Assembly (NCBI RefSeq): GCF_036321535.1
Contig: NC_087437.1
Coordinates: 75,208,001 to 75,272,000 of the forward strand
Source: Camelus dromedarius
Lineage: Eukaryota
Direction: 5' to 3'
DNA: 64,000 bases
The position numbers and the translations under genes were made by a program. The notes beneath the pieces are model-generated. The model was not told where the DNA came from and made no database searches. It was given only the letters and a program-made list of their open reading frames with translations. How positions within the stretch are numbered: position 1 is the stretch's first letter; each line of letters opens with the position of its first letter. This document shows, in pieces, positions 1 to 15,000 of this stretch.

Positions 1-529
1 GTTGTAGATTTACTTGGTCAGCGTTATGTATTAGACCTGGGACTTACTAATGTTTTGTCAAAAATAAAAAACATCAGCTAAACTAATGAATCAGGCTGTG
101 TTTTATTAGATAAGACTATTTAAAAGTAAGAAAAAATCATATTCATGTTTTGAAAAACAAAATTTAAAAAATATAATTTTCAAGATAACTTTTGATAATA
201 TGTAAATATAATATTGATATTTTATGCTCAGATTAGAGTATAAATAATCTTTATTTTGTTCTTGGCCTCAATAAGCATTTTGTAAATTTACTTTCATTGT
301 CTAAAATTTCATTTATGATTAAAGTTTGTGTATGCTTCCAAATGACTAATAACATGCACTTACCAGACCACAGTTGGCTAAATATTCTCACTCAGTTTTA
401 TAATACAGCCTACAAAGTATATCTAGATTTTAAATATATATTTCAAGACAGAAAAAAACATTTTTTCACAGTAAAGTTTGCATAGCATAGTGGTAAGCTA
501 TACGCTTAATAAAAAAATACTCTTGAGTC

Positions 530-770
530 CAAATCCATAGGAATATACAACAAGACTGATCAAAATACAAAGTATGGACTTTGGGTAATTCTGGTATGTC
601 AATGTAATTCCATCAGTTGTAACAAGTGTAACACTGTTGGGGGATACTGATTGAAGAGGCTACGCATGTTTGGGGGCAGACAGTGTATGGGAAGTCTCTG
701 TACATTCCCCTCAATTTTACTCTGAATCAAAAAAAATTGCTCTAAAATACTAGTCTTAATTAAAAAATTA
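530..770 (+). mobile_element. Old L1M 3'UTR fragment
   Basis: tatgggaagtctctgtacattcccctcaattttactctgaa...tgctctaaaa motif. Confidence 0.6.
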
Positions 771-1364
771 AGTCAATACAAAAATACTCCTGATTTTCTC
801 TTGTAATTTTCCAAGCTATTAAGAGAGTTCTTGCTAAAACTGTGCTACAGATAGTAACTTGTTCTTTTTGCAACTCTCAAACAACAGGAAGAGGCCTAAA
901 AGAAGATTCTTGGATTTCTAACATTTTTGTACATTACTGCACTGATGGCAGAGTCTTTGACACAAGGGAGAAAAATCAAGATTTCTTAGATTTTGGAAAG
1001 CACTTCTGAACTTATCTGTTGAAATATGACAAAAAGCTGTTTTTAAAACACCGAGTAGACACTAAAAATGAGAGTGGTACACAGAAATCAATAAAATTTC
1101 CAAATGACTAATTCAGTTTCTTTATTTGTATATTTAAATGTACAAATTATGATTTAGCGGAGTAATGCACGCTACAAGTTTAAATCATTTAGGATCTAAC
1201 ATACATAGATTTCTCTATAATGATATATTCAATGAGCTATGAACATTTATTTGTGCTACACGTCTACTTGGACTAATTTTAACTTCTATCAGTAAATCTA
1301 TATACTAAACCTAAGTGTCCATAATCAGACAGTCCTCTGTTATTATACTAATACAGCCTCTTAC

Positions 1365-1409
1365 CTTTTTATTCTTGGTCTTTTTCTTTTTCTTTGGTTT
1401 ACTCTTAAC
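1365..1409 (-). CDS. DZIP3: DZIP3 exon 17 (45 nt), Lys-rich [15 protein letters not shown]
   Basis: ttag|GTT...AAG|gtaag; in frame. Confidence 0.92.
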
Positions 1410-4400
1410 CTAACAGATAAGAAATAAATAACTTATTTAATATGCAGTTCAAAACACACAATGGGTTATTCTGCAAAATATATTTCCTTTAATTACTGAG
1501 ATCTTTTATCTTCTAATACAGATCATTTTCTTTCTAGATTCTATGGAAAATTATTTTCATTTTAGTTTTTATGTTATCTCAATCTTCTGCTTGAGAAATC
1601 ACTGATACATAAAGGAACAAGACATAACGTCAATGAGTAGGCTACGGAAAAGAGCTCAGAGATCCTCACTTGCACACATGCAATGCAAGACTAACAAAGG
1701 AGGAAGGCATTTTTAAAAACAACATATTCAGGTCCATAAGATGAAAAACTAAACCTAAAAAGAATTTAGAGACTACATAATAACTGTTACCACTTGTCTA
1801 TAAAGAAGTATATTCCACATGATTTTAATTCTACCTCTGTGTAAATAGCATTGAAATACTCCTGTTTTTCTTCCTTTCTCTCTCTCCTTCTATTCCCCAC
1901 TACACTTTCTTCTGCTTTCTGTTAACCTCCCACATCCACTCTCACCACTACTGGATTAAGAAATATGTTCAGAAATCTAGCCTAGTGCCTGGCACATAGT
2001 AAGTGTTCAATAAATGCTGGCAAAATATATGGTTAACGCAGGAAAGATTATGGAAGAAAGTACTGAGGAAAGAAACATTCCAATTCAAGCTTTGTGTTAA
2101 CACTATGATAAATATAAACTAAGATTGTCTGAGATACTTTAAGGACAGCACATGCAACAAACTAAAGGCCCTAATTAAGTTCTTCTAATTCAAATATTAA
2201 TGAGAGCTTATACTTCCTGGAGATCTTTAATAGATTCTGTTGAAGATTCACTGGGTATTGATGCCGCATCTTTATTCATTTCTGCTAAGTGTATTTCAGA
2301 GTTTGATTTCACATTTATATTATACTCCATGAGAGGTGGACTTAGTTCTTCTTCCTCATTTTGTAACTCTTCTATTTCAATACCTAAACATTAAAAACAA
2401 AACTCTCAGTCTGGATGCACACAATTTTAGCCTTTTATCACTATTATAAATATACTTACTCCACAAAAACACCATCCCAGAAATGGAAATAGAAGACATC
2501 TTACTCTGTTCAAATACTAAATGAAAATGAAATGCCCATTTATCAATGACCAAATAATATGTACATATACTAGCCTAAAAACCAACCAGCATAAACTCAA
2601 ATGCTAAGATACTTTACTGTTATCTTAAGCAGACTCTAGATATTAGATATCTAGAATCTTAAATCAATTCCAAATACTACGTTTTTTAGTATCCTGACAT
2701 TGACCCTAATAATATTGTAACAAGTACTATTTTAGGGCATAAATCTGTAATGTAAAGAAGAGAAGGAAAAGCTAGATCTATTTTTTTTCCTTTTTTCATC
2801 TTTTTCATAACCAAAGGTTGTTAAAGGGTATCAGCCCCCTCTTATGTGACTTCTTGATACTGCTCCAGAGATTCAATCTCTAAACATGTGGACTTCATTT
2901 GACTGGCCACTGATGGTCCAAAAAACCCACATTGTGTTCTTCTTAAGTATATTTTACCCCAAACAAAACTCATGGTGTTAAGTAAAATTTTAACTGCAGA
3001 ATTTGAATTACATTTAAAAAAAAAAAAAAACAGTACACAAAAGGACATTAGCAACTTGCCACCCAGCAAAAAAAGGATATAGCCTAACAATGGACAGTTA
3101 ACCAGATAAAAGCTATGTAAGTTAAACAGTAGCATATATGAACAGGTAAGAGCAAGCAGGTCAGCATTTTTGCCTGTTGAAGTGTTCTATGTGTCAAAAG
3201 TTAAAATACTTTGCTAGGGTAAACCCTGGGCACATGCACTAAGATGAAGGCAGAGTAAAAAGGCTCATACTAGATTCAGCTGACCAGGAGTAATTTGACA
3301 GTATATTTTTCCAAGCCTATAACAAACAGTTACAGTTTATCATACAGTTTATCTGACCAAGTAAAATTTTATAGGTGTCCCTTAGCTATCCTGGGTTGAA
3401 AGGTCACTTAGGCATTTGGTTTTTAAAGATACTTACGTTGACTGCCTGTTATTGACTGTAGAGCAATTCCTATGATACATAAAGAAAAAAATTAGATGTA
3501 CAATTGCAAATGCAATCGACAAATATCAGACTGAGACTAAGAAAAACCAGAAGATTTTTACACTGTACCAATAAATATTATAACTAACTGTAAATAACCA
3601 GCATCACCCACAAATCCAGTTTAAACAAGGCATAATCTTTAGATTATAATATAAAGGTTATAAACCCATGATTAGAGAAAGAAAAGTTTTTTTTTTTAAA
3701 AAGGTAGTTCATAATAGATAATGCCTAGAACAGCATCACTTTAAACCAAGCAGCAAATTTTTACAATTTACAGTCTAAGGTCATGAAGTAATAATAGTCA
3801 ATTATGAAGCAAACCTCCATTGAAAGTTTTAGCAAAATCCTGATCAGCATTCCCTCTCCTTGACTATTAATATTTATTAAGCATCTATGATGTATCTGGC
3901 TCTGTTACGGTCTAGAGTTTGAATAGTGAAGAAAAAAAGACAACCTCATAGAGATTTAGTGGGGACAATGGATATTAGTCAAATAATCAGATACACAAAT
4001 GAAAATTGCAACTTAATAACTACTAGGAAAGAGATGAGATACTAGGAAAGCTTCTATTAAAGGGACTCGACCAATAAGCTCTTTAGACTCCCCAGAGTGA
4101 AAACTGCTTGAAATGCCTTGAATTTATTGCTCAAAGCACTTTCCCAAATATTCCCTTTATTCTCATGAGTTTTTGTTATTCAAAATCTTAATAAATGTTT
4201 TAAAAAGCCTCTAATTTATGTCAATTTATTAGTCAAGGATTTTTGCCTGACTTTCTTTTATCATCAAACTCAGCATCCTCTTCTTTTATGTTCACAGAAA
4301 GCTCTTAAAGGATAAGCAGGAAAATACAATGGTATCCCAGAGCCTTAGTTAGCAAAAGGACTGAGATTGGGGCCTAGCAACTGTCTCTGAAAAAAATGTG

Positions 4401-7400
4401 GACCAGCTCAACCATCACTGGAAACCTAGAAAGCTGTACATTTAAATAGCATCAGTGTGATCAACAGTTGCTCACCAAGTAGTATGACTAATAACTGGGA
4501 CCAGGAAAAGTCACCTAGAATAGCACAGCAAGAGTTTCAGCGTACATGCCTTCAACTCCATTTTCCACAATGACAGCTGAGAAGCTATCCTGGAATATGA
4601 GGAGGAAGTCTGAAATCTTTCCCATAACAATAGACAATGTCTGGGAATGGCCACTGCTGACATTAGACATTTGCATAAATGTTATCTGATTTTTTAAATT
4701 ACCCACGGCCGATGGATAGATGCTAAACTTTTAAACTAGAAGTCAAGGTTCAGTTAGAAAGGAGAAACACACTCACGGTGTTGAAAATGACATTCTTGAA
4801 ACGCACAGTACCTATGTTTCAGTGCTCTTAGGCATCTTACATTTTGTAGAAGTGATAAAACGCCTCCACTTTAAAATCTTTTAACAGTTTCTTTCTGAGA
4901 ACATAAACTCCTCAATATGGCAAAAGAAATCCTCTTGAATGTATTCTATGAAGTCTCCCCTACTTTAACCTCAGTTATACAAAACTTTTTTGTTCCCTGT
5001 ATTATATTTTATGTTTCTATACCTTTGTTCTTGTTTCCTTCTGAAATATCCTCCAATTCTTCACTTGGCTAACTTTTATGTATCATTTAATAACTCCTTA
5101 GATATTATATTCTACAGAAAGCTGTTTTGGATTCTCTTAGGCTATGATTTCCCGTGGTACTCTGGAAACATCTCTAGCACTGTAATTTCTATTAGCTTCT
5201 TGATGAGTCTTTACTCTCAAGAATGTGGGCTCACTGAATCTCCTGCCTTTAGCATTGTGTCTGGCACATAGCACTCAGTGCAAGTTTACTGTCTTAAGTA
5301 AATAATTATTTTGTACCTTGTTGATAGCAGGATAACATCCTCTGGATGATTTCTGGTACTGGTATGCCTAGGTAGATGGACAGCTGATGGTAATCAAGGG
5401 ATATATTCTCAATGGGATTCTCCTTCACTTTGTCAATTTCCTCTTGCTTCATCCCAAGGCGCAGAAGAATATCTGAAACTTTTTTCCAAATTGAATTGAA
5501 TTGTGACTCAGTGAGACCGTTCATCAAAATCTCACTAAGGAGGATATCCCTGTATTTGCATAGCCTCAAGACGTCTGCAGACTTAGAGAGATCAGAAGAT
5601 GGTGGTTCCATATTCCAGCCTTTTTTGGGTGCAGGGAAAACATTCAAATGTTTTATGAGAGCTAATAGGAGGTATAAGTCAAACTGTTTGGATTGTGGTA
5701 GCTCCTTGTTTGGGGGATAAAGCAGATGCCATGCTCCACCCAAAGGGTGATTGGTCCAAAGATGGTTGTAGTAGGGTTCCAGCACATTCTTGTGTATAAG
5801 AAGTTCTTTTCTCAAAAGAGGGGGTGGCATAGCCTCATCAAATATTTGCCGAACAATGTCAGTACCAGAAACAATAATTATATGAAGCAGATGATAGAAA
5901 TAATTATAATCAAGTTTGAAGATAGGCATTTCATCTGAAAATGAATTTTGAGAAGTCAAAAGATTCCACATTAATACTCTTTTTCTATGTGGTCTCCTGC
6001 ATTACATCCTAAAGTTCCTGTTGACAGACACTATTTCAAAAGAATGAAGTAAATACAGTGTTTTGCCACAGCCAGTGCTCAATAAGCATGCTGCTGTCTG
6101 TCTAGCAGTTAAAAAAAATCAAAGCAAAACAGTATGTTCCCAAACAAGAGTAATCACAAAGACTCATCACTATAGAAGCCTTTCAAACATTCAGGGTTTT
6201 GTTCAAATAAATGATGTTTGGCCACCAAATGGCACAGAAGTATTAGGCCTTTGAAAACTGAAGACTGTCAAGAATGGTAATTGCCAGTGCTTAATTATAC
6301 TTTACTTAGTATTTATCTTAAATTTACTTATATTTTACCTTAATCAGTATTGTCTTATAGAATTTTCTGTGATGAAAATGTTTTGGCTTGTCACTGTCCA
6401 CTAGCTACTGAACACTGGAACTGCTGCTTGTCTAACAAAGGAACTAAGTTTGAAACTTTCACTAATTGTAATTAGTTTAAATTTAAACAGCCGCACATGG
6501 CTGGTGGCTACCATATTAGACAATGTAGAACTATTATCAAGAAACATGAAGTAATTTAATGTCTTGCTTCTTAAAGTGTAGTCCATTGACCAGCAGCATC
6601 AGCATCCACACAGGAGCCTATTAGAAATGCAGAATCTCAGGCCTCACCCCAGAGATACTGAATTGGCACAGACATTCTAAGAAAATCACAAATGATCCAA
6701 ATATACATTAAAGCTCGAGACATACTGATCTAATGAATCTCTTGTTCTTACCCTCACAAAAAAATAAATTAATGATTAAGTAGGTATTTCATCAATGAAA
6801 TGGAATAGGCATGAAACTGAACTATCTGGTATTTTTCTGGTTTAACAGCACTTCCAATGGAGGAAAGCAGACTGAGGTGAATTAGAAAGTAGTAAGAATT
6901 TGGCATATGACAGTATATTTTATATAAAATAAACATGTGTGTTCATCATAAAATGCAACTTCATTATTTTATCCTTCATGATCCTGTGTTTTAAGAGATT
7001 TTTAAATTAATATTCTTGCTTGATATACTTGACAAAAACTGTGGAGGTAAGCAAGGTTACAAAGCAAAAGACTCAGGGAGTTTTCACTGTGTTTCCAAAT
7101 AAGAATCTGGCTGAGATCAGGAGTATCCATTCCCCTAGCAAGAAGGACTACCACCAGACTATTCTCCCACGGGACCAGGAGCCCTTAAGGTGTACCAGTG
7201 CTGAGCAGCTAGCATTTCCTAGCATACTCCTGAAGAGCTGCTGCCTAAGTGTAGGCTACTTGGCCTTGACCCCAAAATGTTCATTCTTTCCATTTTACTC
7301 TTTTAACAGGGAATGCAAAAAGGGAGGAGGGATTGGTCAGGAACATCAGCTGGAGTGCAATCTCACTGTGTAGTCAAAGCTATGCACCAGACCCAGCAAA

Positions 7401-8974
7401 CCTCTCTACATGATGCAAGGTATACACCTGCTGATCTTTCTGACTATGAATTCCAGCCTACACCAAATGATGCCTGCTAGTGTAAACCCAAGCCCAGTAA
7501 ATGACAAACACAAATAAAATCATGGTTATTAATAGCATGGTACTTAACAGAGCAAGTCAAAATCTTTAGGTTTTCAATAGGAGACATATAAAAGTAAAAT
7601 GTACCTTTTTTACTAAATTTTAAACTCATCTTCGGTCTTATATCAGTATCAGTTATTTTCAGAGACATCAACTTTTTATAACTGCAATTGGAAAAAAATT
7701 AAATTACAGTCAATACCAAAGTCAGTCAAAATTTCTGGTATCAGCATGGCTAAGTAAGTGAGTATTTTCTTCTCCACCTCCCTGGAAATAATTTAAAAGC
7801 AAAGGAGAAAAATACATGAACAAATAAAAACCACCAACAATAACAACCCTACATTGCCATTTTCATTGGAATTCCAAGCAAGTAATATTGCTAGATTTCA
7901 TACAAAAAGAATCACATGGTAGCTTATTTGCAAGAAGGCTGTGTAGTAGCAGAAAAAAATAAATCTTTGTATTGTAAAAAGCCAGCAAACCTGGCACTCC
8001 TCCCAGATTCTCCTTCACTTCAGAATCATCTTACCAGTAACTAACTATTCCAAGAAAACTCAGCTCGTTTAATGATTAGTGATTAAAGAGAAAGAAAGAA
8101 ACTGGCATAGTGTCAATACAAGTAATTATAAAAAAAACTGAGGGGGAAAAGTAGCAAAATCTATTAAATAGACTAAACACTAAGTTCATGCTGCTGTGAA
8201 ATAGGTGAAAAATTTTGTGGTTTGGCTTTGAAATGAATTCTGCCACAAAACAAAACTAAAAGAAAAAAAAAAGGACAACACTAGAATGTAAGCTTAACAA
8301 GAACAGAGATGGTGGTGGTTGTTGTTAACTGACTTTATCTCCAGCACCACCATAACACTACCGACCATCTATTACATTGAAAACATGCTCAACCCTAACA
8401 ATCTAAAGTATTAGCAATGATATGAAGTTAAAAAAAAAAAGCTTCTGCAGTGAAAGAAATAATCAACAAAATGAAAACTCAATCTATAGAATGAAAGAAA
8501 GTATTTGCAAATATTTGATTAGGTGCTAATATCCAAAATATATAAGGAAGCCACACAACTCAACAGCAAATAAACAAATAATCCAACTAAAAATAGGCAA
8601 AGGACCTGAATAGACATTTTTCCAAAGAAGATATAAAATGACCAACAGGTATACGAAAAGGTGCTCAACATCACCAATCATCAGGAAAATGCAAGACAAA
8701 ACTACAATGAGATGTTACCTCTTACTGGTTGATAGAGTCACTAGGGGGAACACTATGGTAGTGTCTCAAAAAAGTAAAAGTAGAATTGATCCAGCAATCC
8801 AATTTCTGGGTATATATCATATATCCAAAGGAAATAAGATCTCTATCCCAAAGAGGTATCTACATCCCCAAGTTCATTGCAGCATTATTTATAATAGCCA
8901 AGATATGGAAAACAACCTATATGTCTGTTAATGGATGAGTGGATTTTTAAAAATGTAGTGTGTGTATATATAGA

Positions 8975-9010
<36 letters not shown>

Positions 9011-12000
9011 GGAATACTATTCATCTATAAAAAGAAGGAAATCCTTCCATTTGTGGTAACATGAATGAACCTGAAGGGCATGATGCTAAGTAAAATAAGC
9101 CAGACAGAGAAAGAAAAATACTGTATGATCTTACTTATACATGGGAGCTAAAATACCCTTAACTCAGAAACAGAGAGAAATTGGTGGTTGCTGGGGGAGA
9201 GATGGGGGTTGGGGAATGGAAAAAGAGGTCAAAAGACACGAATCACAGATCTAATATACAGTATGTGACTATAGTTAACAGTGCTATATTGTATACTTGA
9301 AAGTTGCTAAGAAAGTAGATCTTAAAAGTTCTCATCACAAAAAAAAAGTTAACTACGTGAGGTGATGGATATGTTAATCAACCTCATTTCACAATACATA
9401 CATATATCAGATCATCATGTTATATACCCTACACCCTAAATCTATACAATGTTATATGCTAGTTATATCTTAAAAAAACTAAAAACAAAAAAAGCAGCAA
9501 TATGAAAAAATAAATAGATCATGACCAATTGTTATTTATTCCTGGAAAACAAGGTTGATTCAACATTTGAAAATAAATTAATATCATTCAGCATATTAAC
9601 AGATTAAAAAGGAAAAAAATACCGTATAGTCATCTCAATGCATACAGAAAAGCATTAGTTCATTATTCTTTCATGAGAAAAATTTTCAGAGATGTAGGAT
9701 GAGAAAAAACATTTCTTCAACCTGAAAAAGGGTATCCATAAAAAATGTACAGCTAACAGCATAGTAATGGTATAAAAGTGAGGGCTTCTTTCTAAAATCT
9801 GAAAAAGGCAATGATGTCTGCTCTCACCAGTGTATTCAACGTTGTACTAGAGGACCTAGCCAGTGCAATAAGTAAAGAAAAATAAACAAAAAGCATATAG
9901 ATTGCAAAAGAAATAAAGTTGTCTTTATGTATAGATGATACAATCACTTGTAGAAAAACCTCAAAGAATCTACAAAATGATATTAGAATTATTAAGCACC
10001 AAGTTACAGGATACAAGTTCAATAGACAAACTAATTCTGTATAATACAAATAACTAGAAATAGAAAATTAAAAAATATCATTTGCAAAAACATAAAAAAT
10101 TCTATAAGATGGATAATCTAATAAAATATTTATAAGATTGTACATGGAAGACTACAAAATATTCCTGAGAGACATCAAAGAAGATCCAATTCAATGAAAT
10201 TAACTATATACCATCTTCATGACTGGGAGGCCTCAAAATTGCTAAGATGTAAATCATCCCCAAATTGACCTACAAATTTGACACAATCAAAACCGTAGCA
10301 ACAAGTCTGGAGAAGGTATTTCTAAGATTCATCATGGAACACCAAAGGATCTAAGATAAAAAAACAGCTTTGAAAATTAAGCAAATGTAAATTAAAACCT
10401 CAGTAAGATACCATTACATACCTTTTAACACGTTACCTAGGAAGAGGAAGACTTAAGGGAGAGGGGCACAGTGAGGGCTTCTGGAGTGCTGGAAAAATTC
10501 TATTTGTTGACTTGGGTGGAGCCACAAGAGTGTTTGCATCATAATTATTTTTTAAACTCTGCATTTATATTTTATGACATTTTCTTTATGCATATTTTGA
10601 AAACAATAAAGCATTTTAATGTTAAAAAATAACCAGTTTGTCATTCATTCATAAAACCCCAAGAAGTAACTCTTTCAGTTTTGGTAATAAGGTCTAGTTA
10701 CCAAGGGGTATTCCCCCCAAAAATAACTATAATACTCAGATTACAAAAAGCAACTCTTTGAATGCACCAGAGAATGGAAGAGACAAATCTACTTCACTGT
10801 GGAGGTATATGCACAGAGGAGAAAAGGAGAAGACAGTATGAACTTTTAGCCTGGGGCTAAGTAAAACCTGGTAGAAAACAAAGATTTCTTTGGCTAAAGG
10901 ACCTAGAAAATTGAAGCTATGGAGCCATGGCTGCTGAAGAGTGCAGGGGAATCCCAGAAGGGAAAGAGTCAGAGAAGAGATCCCCAAATTCTTTCTGGGC
11001 ACATCTCTGATGGACTACTGAACCACACATGTGTGGAATGAACTGGAAGCAGCTCAGGTAAAAGAAAAAGATCTGAATTGAGACTTAAACCACCATCCAA
11101 GGAAAAAAGTTCTCAGTTCATATCTAAAGAAGTTAATTGCCTGTCAAAACAAAAGTAACATACTCATTGCAGAATAATGGAATTCAGAATCTCTACATCT
11201 GTCACGTATTTATAGGGCACCAGCTATATGCCAAGCATTATGCTATGTACTGGGAATATACCTACTTGTATATTCAAGATAAAATTCTTGCCCTCATGCA
11301 GGCTATAGTCCAATGGAGAAGATAGCCAAGAAAGTACAACAGAATTCAGTAAATGTTTTGATAGAAGTAGAGGAAATATGTGATTGAAACACCTAATGCA
11401 ACACAAATAAGGTAAACAGGCAAAGCCAAAATACAATATCCTAGGCAAGTGCCAGAGGTTAAACAGATGACACACTGAAGAACTAAAAGAAGCTCAGAAC
11501 AGTTGGTGCTAATACAGTTAAGAAAAGACAAGAGATGACACTAGTGAGTATAGCAGGGACCAGCATGACTAAAGAGCTAAGCTAAGGAGTCTAAACTTAA
11601 TTAAGAGCAATGAGAAGCCTCTGAAAGATTTTCAAGCAGATAAGTGAAATATTTCAATTTTCTTTTAGAAAAGTAATTTTGATGGCTGAACAGACTGTTC
11701 CATAACAACAGACTGTTGAACAGTCAGACTGAAAAAAATGTAAGGTTGGGGACAGAAAGACAAGTTTAGAAGCTATTTCAGAATTCCAAGTGAAAAATAA
11801 CTTTCTTTAGTTTAGTGGAACTGCAGGGGCAGAAGTTAAGGAAGCATTTACAATATTTAAGAAGTTGAATTCAGACCTAAAAAAAAGTTACAGAGCAGTG
11901 TTGGGCAGATATACTTTGAGTCTAGTTGTAGGCATGCTTAACTATAGACATTTTTGAAAAATAAAAGTGGACATATTCAGCATGCAGGGAGATAGATCTA

Positions 12001-15000
12001 GATTTTAGGAGTGAGATCTATAGTAAAGATAAAGATTTGGATTTCATTGGCTCATAGGGAAAACTGATGCCTTGGATATCAATGTAATGACCTTGGTAGA
12101 TTGAAAAATTGTAGACATTTCCACTTTTAACAGAAGAAAAGAGTCAATGGATTAGGAGAATTTTTATATTGAAATTTCTAATTTCAACAGCGACAGTATA
12201 CACCTCTATGAATTCCCAGCTTGTATTATATATTCCTCTGACACAGTTTTCTCATCTAAGAAACAGGACAATCCTAATTGTCAGACAAGCTTGGAGGCCT
12301 GGATGAGTTTTGAAAGCTAGGAATAAAGTTTTTATATCACAATAATCTAAACAACTTTAAGAAAAATGTGTTTGGTTTTCAGGAAAGGATTATTTTCATA
12401 CTTAAGGGAAAAGTATCCACATAATTTCTTCTTTCTTGTTTTAGAATTTAAATGTCTACAAAGTGGGAGTAGACAAATGTCAATTAAATACAATTTTTTC
12501 ACACAACTAATAGTATCTTTAAATTAACTGGAGCTCTAACAAGTAATAGAAACAGAAGAAAGAAGCAACTGAAAAATACATACATGCTCAGAAAAAAGTA
12601 AAATATTTACTTGCAAGCTTACCTTGCTCCTAAATTTTCAATGGTTATATATTCATCTTTTCTCACAACTTCAAACTGCAAGTGATAGAAAAGAATAGCC
12701 CTAAATTAGTTCAATTTTCAAATTTCTTTAATGTTTCTTCTTAGCCTTAACATTTGAAAACAGGCAATGAGAATGAAGCTATAGTAAATATAAAACAAAA
12801 CAGAAGCTATAAACAATCTTACTCAAACAACAAATTAGATTTGATTTTAAAAACAGTTCTACTTTATATCATTATAGGATTTAAATGCCAAGTCTGAAAT
12901 ACGAAAAAGACCATATCTAAACATAAATATAGATAGATTTATAGATTTATAATTTTGGTCTATTTACTTAACCAAAATTTCAACAAGGTATTTATAAATT
13001 AAAAAATAAAATTAATACCATTTAAGTGCATTTTGTGTAACACAAATACTCTGAGATATTTGATATTTACATAAAAGACTAAAAAGACATTCAGAATGTC
13101 TAAAATTATTTTTAACTGTAGGTGGCATAGACTGGATTATCATCCTTAGTTCATAACAGACTTTCCTCATTGGTACAGCCATGGCCTGCTTTGTCTGTTT
13201 CTGTGTGTGTGTCTCTTTACTTTTAAATTTTCTTATTCTTTAGTACCACTTAAATACGGTTTTGGAGAAATCAAAGCAAAAAAAGGTTAGAGAGCTTAGT
13301 CATCATCAAAAAGAACATGGCTAGAATACTATTATTACAATTCCCAAATCTGTTTGAAGTAAAAAATACCATTCTAGTGAAGGAAAGCAAAAAAAAAAAA
13401 AAAAGAAGAAGAAAAAGATACTCACCAAAATTTTGACAATTCCAGGTACCTCACATTGAAGCATCCTTACCATGTCACCTGTACATCCTTCTTTCAAACA
13501 TTTTTTCCCACTAAAACTCTAAAGTTACCAATAGAAAAAAATAATAAATGATCAATAGAAAAAAATACAAATAATAAAATTAGAAAAAACCCAGTGAGGT
13601 GCAAATCTGATTATATTTAAATAAAGTTAGAAGCAGATGATGCAGGATGGTAAAACAAAAGATCTGAATAAACATTTGAGAGTTAGCTGTTTAAAGATAG
13701 TTCATTTCTTTTATCAACGGATTTCCTATTTAAAATGTATACTAACACTTTTCTCTCATAGTTCCTATTGCAAAATCTTTAAGTAGTTATATTATAACCT
13801 AAAATGTACTTGCTACCCCCAGTGAAAGCAACTTCAAGTAAAATATACTAACTAAGTAAGTGCAAAAAAGGAATACTGAATTTCTATCAGATATAAAGAT
13901 TCCAGGGAAAAAGAAAGTATAAAAATGTTGAGTCCTTTTCCTATCTTCTGATCCTGATATTTCCTCTGGTTAAGTTACTTGGTCTTTTTTTTCACTTCTC
14001 TTTCTAAAGTTGAGCAACATTGACTGCCCTAACAATCAAAGAAACTGAAAAGTATTTACACACTGCTTAAAAAATGAATAATAGTGCCTTATATAATGAT
14101 TTTTACAATGTACAATGCAAGTTCATCTGTTTTATCTGTTACTCCTCACAACAACCTTATGAAGTAGGTATTACTATCCTCACTTTACAGCTTAGAAAAA
14201 TGAGTCTCATCCTAGTATAAAAAAACAAGTTGGCTCAATCTGGACTTGACCTCTGATCTCCCAACTCCATATACAATGCTTTCTCTATTCTACCACAGTT
14301 GGTTTAGGGTTTCTTTGTTGTTTGCACAATGTAAACACTCTAGAACCAAATGTTATAGATCTAACTTAAGGCCATTAGCTCACTGAAGAGTAATTAATAT
14401 AGAACTGGGCTTTGAATTTCTACTTCGATTTTCGTGGCAAAGAATTCAATTTAGTTATATGACTTCAGGTAAATATAAATAATATAAATTTGTTTTTGAA
14501 GACTATAAAATGTATCACTGCTCTATACCCTTAAAATATAACTTACCCTAAAATTGGTATAGTTGTCCTTTTTATTAAGCACTTCTATCTTTGATTCTAT
14601 GAATTTTATGTGAATATAAGCAACAATTTCTATTCTTGTGTATAAACTTCTAAAGGGAGGATAACAAATTAATAGAAATAAATAAGCAAAGCAACTAACA
14701 GTGGTATTTCCTACAAAGACCTATTTAACAAATGGTGATGATGAACAAATATTGAGAAGAAAAGTATCAGAGAGAACAGGGAAAGAAAAATGGAGGGAGT
14801 AAAAAAAGGAGAAAGGATGTAAACAGAAAGATGAAAGGGGAAGAGGAAAAAAGAGGAAAGTGCAGATGAGGAAATTGCTGTAGTAGTTTTTAAGGAAGAA
14901 TAAATATATTACCTGATCATTTTCACCTGGATATTTTAAATTCTTAAACTTTTTCCAACAAATTTTATGGAAATAAACACAACAGCTTTTACTGCACATT

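Noticed and set aside
5412..5938. Plus-strand ORFs overlapping DZIP3 exon 14
   Set aside because: Antisense shadows of a coding exon
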